This document shows positions 61,607 to 64,000 of a stretch of 64,000 bases of DNA, piece after piece. Where the stretch lies: positions 4,256,001-4,320,000 of the forward strand of contig OZ244937.1 in the NCBI GenBank assembly GCA_965222075.1, written 5' to 3'. The DNA comes from Candidatus Latescibacterota bacterium (GTDB lineage Bacteria; Latescibacterota; UBA2968; GCA-2709665). Each line of letters opens with the position of its first letter. Position 1 is the stretch's first letter. The notes below the pieces were generated by a model. That model was not told where the DNA came from. It did not search any database and was given only the letters and a program-made list of their open reading frames with translations. Position numbers and translations under genes: made by a program.

Positions 61607-63691
61607 TCACAACTCGCTACTCGCTACGCTCCTTCCCTCAATCCGGCAGACCGTCCCCCGCTCGACGACCGTGCCCGATCGGGGCGTCTGTCCCACCACA
61701 CACCCGCTGCCGGATGTCTCCACCCTAAGGCCTGCGGCCGTAAGCCGGTAAACTGCCTGACGCAGGGGAACGCCAACCACATCGGGCGTCCGAACCGCAC
61801 CCTCCACCTGCCCAGAACCGTCTGGGGCCACATAGAGGAGGACTTCCTTCCGTTGAACGACCTGGTCTACCACACGGGTCCCCCTGCCCACCACACGGGC
61901 CTGAAATCCACGTCGATCCAACACACGCACGGCCGACTCCCGCGAGAGCCCTTTCAACACCGGAACCTGTTTCTCGGAGAGTCTGCCACCCCTCTTGTCG
62001 CCCACAACCGCCCGGTGCCGCAGCCGCGTCTTCCTCAGGCTCAAAATCCGCTGCATAATCCGGCTGAAAACCGGGGCCGCGACCTGGCTCCCCCAGCGGG
62101 TACCCTGCGGGCTGTCTACAATTACCAGACAGAGGAGTTCGGGACGCTCGGCCGGCAGGTATCCGATAAAAGAAGCGTTGTAGGCATCGGGTGCATACCC
62201 CGCGGCACCTTCCAGCGCCTTCTGCGCCGTGCCGGTCTTGCCCGCCACCTGGTAGCCCGATACCCGAGCATTGCTGCCGGTGCCCCGAGTAACGGCGCCT
62301 CCCAAAACCTTGGTGACGGTCGCCGCGGTCTCAGGCGAAATCACTTGCCGCACCACCTGTGGACGCTGCACCGAGACAACGCTGTCTCCCCGCAGGGTTT
62401 TGAGGAAAATTCGGGGAGCCAACAGACGTCCTCCATTGGCAATTGCGCCGTAAGCCGTCACCATCTGCAGCGCCGTCACCCCCACCTCCTGCCCAATTGC
62501 GATCGTCTCTAAGGACCGCTTCGACCACTCTGAGGGGTGCTTCACGTCCCCTGGCACCTCCCCCGGCAGGTTCCCCCCTGTCAGGCTGCCGAATCCGAAA
62601 AGGCGTATATACCGAAAAAACCCTACCTTCCCCAGCGTCCGGGCAATCTTGATCGTCCCAATATTGCTCGACGCTTCGATAATCTCCCGGACGGTCAGCC
62701 ACCCGTTTGGATGGGTATCGCGGATCACGTCCCCCGCGACCTCCATCGCGCCGTTCTCACAGAAAATCCGGTCTTCGAGTGCGTAATCCTTCTCCTCTAA
62801 AGCCCCCGCAAACGCAACCACCTTAAACGTCGAGCCCGGTTCGTAAAGATCGGTCACCGCCCGATTGCGGCGCACCTTCAGATCGTAGCGGCCAAAGGCA
62901 TTGGGATCGTAGAGGGGCACATTCGCCATCGCCAGGATTTCTCCGGTATTGGGCCGCGTCACGATGACAATGCCGCTCTGGGCTTGAAAGCGCGCAACGG
63001 CTGCCTCCAGTTCCTCCTCTGCAATCGACTGGTAGTCGGCATCGATCGTCAGCACCAGATTCCCCCCATCCTCAGGCAGTCGGAGAACCGCCCCCAGCGC
63101 CCCCAGCGCCTTTCCCCGTGCGTCCACCCGGGAGACCATCTCCCCCGGCTTTCCCTTAAGGAGAGAATCGAAACGGTGCTCAATCCCCTCAATTCCCACA
63201 TTGTCGATGTCGGTATACCCCAGCATCTGGCCTGCCAGGGTCCCCATCGGATAGGACCGGCGCATCTCCACCATCCGGCCCACCCCCTCCGGCACCCGAT
63301 CCTCAGGAAGACCGTCCATAACCTTTCGAGCCAGCCACACAAAAGACCGCTTTCCCCGCAGCCGCTTCAGCACCTCCGCGCCGTCTTCCCCATCACGCCG
63401 GGAAAACCGTACGGCGATTGCCCGCAGGTTGTCGAGTTCAGATATATTGTTGAGAAAGAACGATTGCGCTTCTAAGTTCGTTACCAGCACCCGTCCGTGC
63501 CGGTCCAAGATGCGCCCCCGGTTGGCCTGCAGCACGATCCGTTTCTCGTGCTGGCTTCGCGCCTGGGCGATATACGCCTCACCCGCCCAAAGTTGCAAGG
63601 AGGCCAGCCTGAAGGCCAGCGCCACGGCGAATCCGATCCCCAGCAGAGAAACCACCTTCAGCCGGCGGGTATGTCGCGCCTCAATCTGCAT
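61607..63691 (-). CDS. ftsI: Penicillin-binding protein FtsI/PBP3 with PASTA domains
   Basis: RG.I.DR, EPGSTFK, SSN, KTGTAQ, C-terminal PASTA repeats. Confidence 0.93.
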   Translation of the reverse strand: MQIEARHTRRLKVVSLLGIGFAVALAFRLASLQLWAGEAYIAQARSQHEKRIVLQANRGRILDRHGRVLVTNLEAQSFFLNNISELDNLRAIAVRFSRRDGEDGAEVLKRLRGKRSFVWLARKVMDGLPEDRVPEGVGRMVEMRRSYPMGTLAGQMLGYTDIDNVGIEGIEHRFDSLLKGKPGEMVSRVDARGKALGALGAVLRLPEDGGNLVLTIDADYQSIAEEELEAAVARFQAQSGIVIVTRPNTGEILAMANVPLYDPNAFGRYDLKVRRNRAVTDLYEPGSTFKVVAFAGALEEKDYALEDRIFCENGAMEVAGDVIRDTHPNGWLTVREIIEASSNIGTIKIARTLGKVGFFRYIRLFGFGSLTGGNLPGEVPGDVKHPSEWSKRSLETIAIGQEVGVTALQMVTAYGAIANGGRLLAPRIFLKTLRGDSVVSVQRPQVVRQVISPETAATVTKVLGGAVTRGTGSNARVSGYQVAGKTGTAQKALEGAAGYAPDAYNASFIGYLPAERPELLCLVIVDSPQGTRWGSQVAAPVFSRIMQRILSLRKTRLRHRAVVGDKRGGRLSEKQVPVLKGLSRESAVRVLDRRGFQARVVGRGTRVVDQVVQRKEVLLYVAPDGSGQVEGAVRTPDVVGVPLRQAVYRLTAAGLRVETSGSGCVVGQTPRSGTVVERGTVCRIEGRSVASSEL

Positions 63692-63693
63692 CC

Positions 63694-63984
63694 TTATTTT
63701 CGCGTATCAATGGGCTTCAAATAGAGGTTACGGGGCGGGTCCGACGGAAAAACCATCCCCAGTTCTTTCGAAGCAATCTCGCGTATGCGGCTGCTCCGCA
63801 CAAGCCCGGCGACCTCCGCCCTGAGGCGGTCCTGCTGACGGATCAGCGTCTGCCGCTTTGCCTGGAGCCGCGTCAATTCCTCCCCCTGGCGCATCGTCTT
63901 CACATGCCCCCAGAGGTAAACCAGCAACCCCAGCACCAGCAGCACAAGAGCGCCAAAATACGACCGGTAGAAGCCCGATGCCAT
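63694..63984 (-). CDS. ftsL: Cell division protein FtsL
   Basis: Short cytoplasmic N-terminus, one TM, coiled coil, RI..IA...LGM..P; directly upstream of ftsI. Confidence 0.8.
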   Translation of the reverse strand: MASGFYRSYFGALVLLVLGLLVYLWGHVKTMRQGEELTRLQAKRQTLIRQQDRLRAEVAGLVRSSRIREIASKELGMVFPSDPPRNLYLKPIDTRK

Positions 63985-64000
63985 CCCCTACTCCTCTCCC

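Overview
About 64 kb of ordinary-looking, roughly 60% GC bacterial chromosome. The gene content suggests an FCB-superphylum organism such as Ca. Latescibacterota (inference only): an FCB-type short RpoD-family sigma, many Gfo/Idh/MocA, PhyH, sulfatase, DUF6785 and DUF6807 genes. From left to right it holds a glycosylation/lolE-like/O-antigen-ligase-TPR block; SDR, DUF2279, mutY, PHP, acyl-CoA ligase and aroC; a catabolic cluster; a sigma70-paralogue plus rpsU locus; a TPP-riboswitch-controlled thiO-thiS-thiG-tenI(psi)-thiD-thiE operon; sugar/sulfatase genes, pncC/cinA and infA; transporters; a gutted PAS-kinase/NtrC pair; more catabolic genes; and a dcw cluster (ftsL-ftsI-murE-murF-ftsW-murG-murC-murB-ftsQ-ftsA-ftsZ) lacking mraY, murD and ddl. 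I saw no rRNA, tRNA, CRISPR array, integrase or transposase. The most notable unannotated signals are: (1) a ~120-nt rod-shaped, promoter-driven, 6S-like ncRNA candidate transcribed divergently from the sigma/rpsU locus; (2) a nested 58-bp palindromic insertion that frameshifts the tenI-like gene; (3) several genes with internal or terminal deletions, some at apparent microhomology; (4) an abrupt G/C-skew reversal at ~36.37 kb; (5) several families of tiny intergenic repeats (REP-like, 7-bp-period, 9-bp-period hairpins). All calls come from reading the sequence by eye, with no searches run.
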